A DNA stretch of 64,000 bases from Nitrospirota bacterium (GTDB lineage: Bacteria; Nitrospirota; UBA9217), in contig CAVWHO010000021.1 in the NCBI GenBank assembly GCA_963754875.1, positions 190,284 through 254,283 of the forward strand, in the 5' to 3' direction. Below, piece after piece: positions 63,051 to 64,000 of this stretch. The notes under the pieces were generated by a model. That model was not told the DNA's origin, searched no databases, and saw nothing but the letters and a program-made list of their open reading frames with translations. The translations under genes and the position numbers were made by a program. Position 1 is the stretch's first letter. Each line of letters starts with the position of its first letter.

Positions 63051-63249
63051 ATGGAAGTCGGAACTATTGCTTCAGTCGAATCCCAGCGGTGGGATGATTT
63101 CACGAACAGGAAATATCCAGATTTTGTTTCATCAAGACCGAATCATTGGAAAAGATCGCAAAGGGTTAAAACAAGGGGATCAGGTGTGGTTTGAGATTGA
63201 AAACGCCAACAATTGCCTGAGCGTAATCAATATCAGAAAGTGTCATTAA
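63051..63249 (+). CDS. Divergent cold-shock-domain protein (frameshift near 63080)
   Basis: AAGGAG RBS; MEVGTI...ILFH...GLKQGDQVWFEIE...INIR. Confidence 0.6.
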
Positions 63250-63254
63250 GTCAC

Positions 63255-63488
63255 ATGTCTATAGGAACAGTTTTAGAATATTTCCCTCTGCGCGGGTTTG
63301 GAAGCATCCTGGATTCTCAAACAGGACGCACGTTGCCTGTATACGCTAATGATGTTCTTTTGATCAAAGGAGATTGTCTCAAAAAAGGAAACGAAGTGGA
63401 ATTGGATCTGGAGACAGCGCAAAGAAGACTGGGCAGTGAACGTCCACTTTTCTGTAGCACAATGCGCAGTCAATCAACAAGGAAATAA
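63255..63488 (+). CDS. Divergent cold-shock-domain protein (3' end probably frameshifted)
   Basis: GTV..Y...RGFGSI...LKKGNEVE; WAVNV in a shifted frame. Confidence 0.6.
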   Translation: MSIGTVLEYFPLRGFGSILDSQTGRTLPVYANDVLLIKGDCLKKGNEVELDLETAQRRLGSERPLFCSTMRSQSTRK

Positions 63489-63550
63489 AGGGACACTTCC
63501 TTTTATATTTTCTCCCGACGGGAGAGAATAAAAAGGAAGTGTCCCTTATT
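63485..63550. repeat. Long near-perfect hairpin
   Basis: AAGGGACACTTCCTTTT-ATATTTTCTCCCG-A-CGGGAGAGAATA-AAAAGGAAGTGTCCCTT. Confidence 0.75.
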
Positions 63551-63589
63551 TTTAAGTGTCTCTTTGTGTTTAACTTGAGGTTAACCAAC

Positions 63590-63733
63590 ATGGCTCAGCG
63601 TAAGATCAAACGAAAAGGCCAACCGAAGACGTTTCGGGCTGGGCGTGTCTGTCAAAAATCCGGATGTCGTCAGCGTCTGAGTATTTACAATTCAGGAGCC
63701 TATTGTCACATCCATGCCAGTGAATATGCGTGA
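63590..63733 (+). CDS. Small basic Cys/His protein
   Basis: GAGG RBS; MAQRKIKRK...RVCQKSGC...SIYN...YCHIH. Confidence 0.55.
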   Translation: MAQRKIKRKGQPKTFRAGRVCQKSGCRQRLSIYNSGAYCHIHASEYA

Positions 63734-63779
63734 TGTCCGAAGGCTTGCGCAAGAGACCTGATCATTAACAAAGGAACTT

Positions 63780-64000
63780 ATGTCAAAAGAAGATGGAGTC
63801 GAGACCGAGGGAACGGTGATGAAGGCGTTATCCAATTGTCAATTTGCTGTAGAAATTGCGAATGGCCACAAAGTGACGGCCTATCCCGCAGGGAAAATGA
63901 GACGCTATTTTATCAAAATACTGCCAGGGGATAAAGTCACCTTGGCATTGTCGCCGTATGACCTCACGAGAGGTCGGATTACCTTTATGGGTGAATGGGG
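63780..64000 (+). CDS. infA: Translation initiation factor IF-1 homolog (stop beyond window)
   Basis: [18 protein letters not shown]...NGH...GKMR...IKILPGDKV...[11 protein letters not shown]. Confidence 0.92.
   Translation, partial: MSKEDGVETEGTVMKALSNCQFAVEIANGHKVTAYPAGKMRRYFIKILPGDKVTLALSPYDLTRGRITFMGEW

Larger units (their letters stand above)
51311..64000. mobile_element. Integrative conjugative element at tRNA-Ala (far end not in window)
   Basis: Integrase abuts the tRNA 3' end; TTGTGCTAA arm-like direct repeats near 51356-51375; excisionase and F-type tra genes follow. Confidence 0.8.

Overview
A 64-kb bacterial chromosome segment. The gene content (PilB/PilT/PilC, NtrC pair, PyrR-regulated pyr operon, group 3b [NiFe]-hydrogenase, HEAT/HD-GYP pair) resembles Nitrospirota or deltaproteobacteria-like organisms; this is inference only. 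Left to right: (1) type IV pilus and housekeeping genes (1-6.6 kb). (2) An ~11-kb decayed island bounded by tRNA-Thr(CGT) and a duplicated tRNA 3' half (6.8-17.8 kb). It holds two apparently identical IS200 copies flanking a beta-propeller lipoprotein, a c-di-GMP-I riboswitch, a deleted tyrosine-recombinase/IS91 element, an IS630-disrupted toxin-antitoxin pair and two integron cassettes with attC sites but no intI. (3) A two-component system and the pyrR-pyrB-pyrC-carA-carB-greA-pyrK-pyrD operon with extra genes (18-34 kb). (4) An ABC/LolA-like/outer-membrane-barrel cluster containing a repetitive surface lipoprotein (34.7-43.2 kb). (5) HD-GYP and HEAT genes and a four-subunit hydrogenase (43-51 kb). 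(6) The left part of an ICE at tRNA-Ala(GGC), with an F-type tra region followed by a cold-shock/IF-1 cluster (51.3-64 kb). Many conserved genes carry single-base frameshifts, probably long-read indel errors. All calls come from reading the sequence; no database searches were run.
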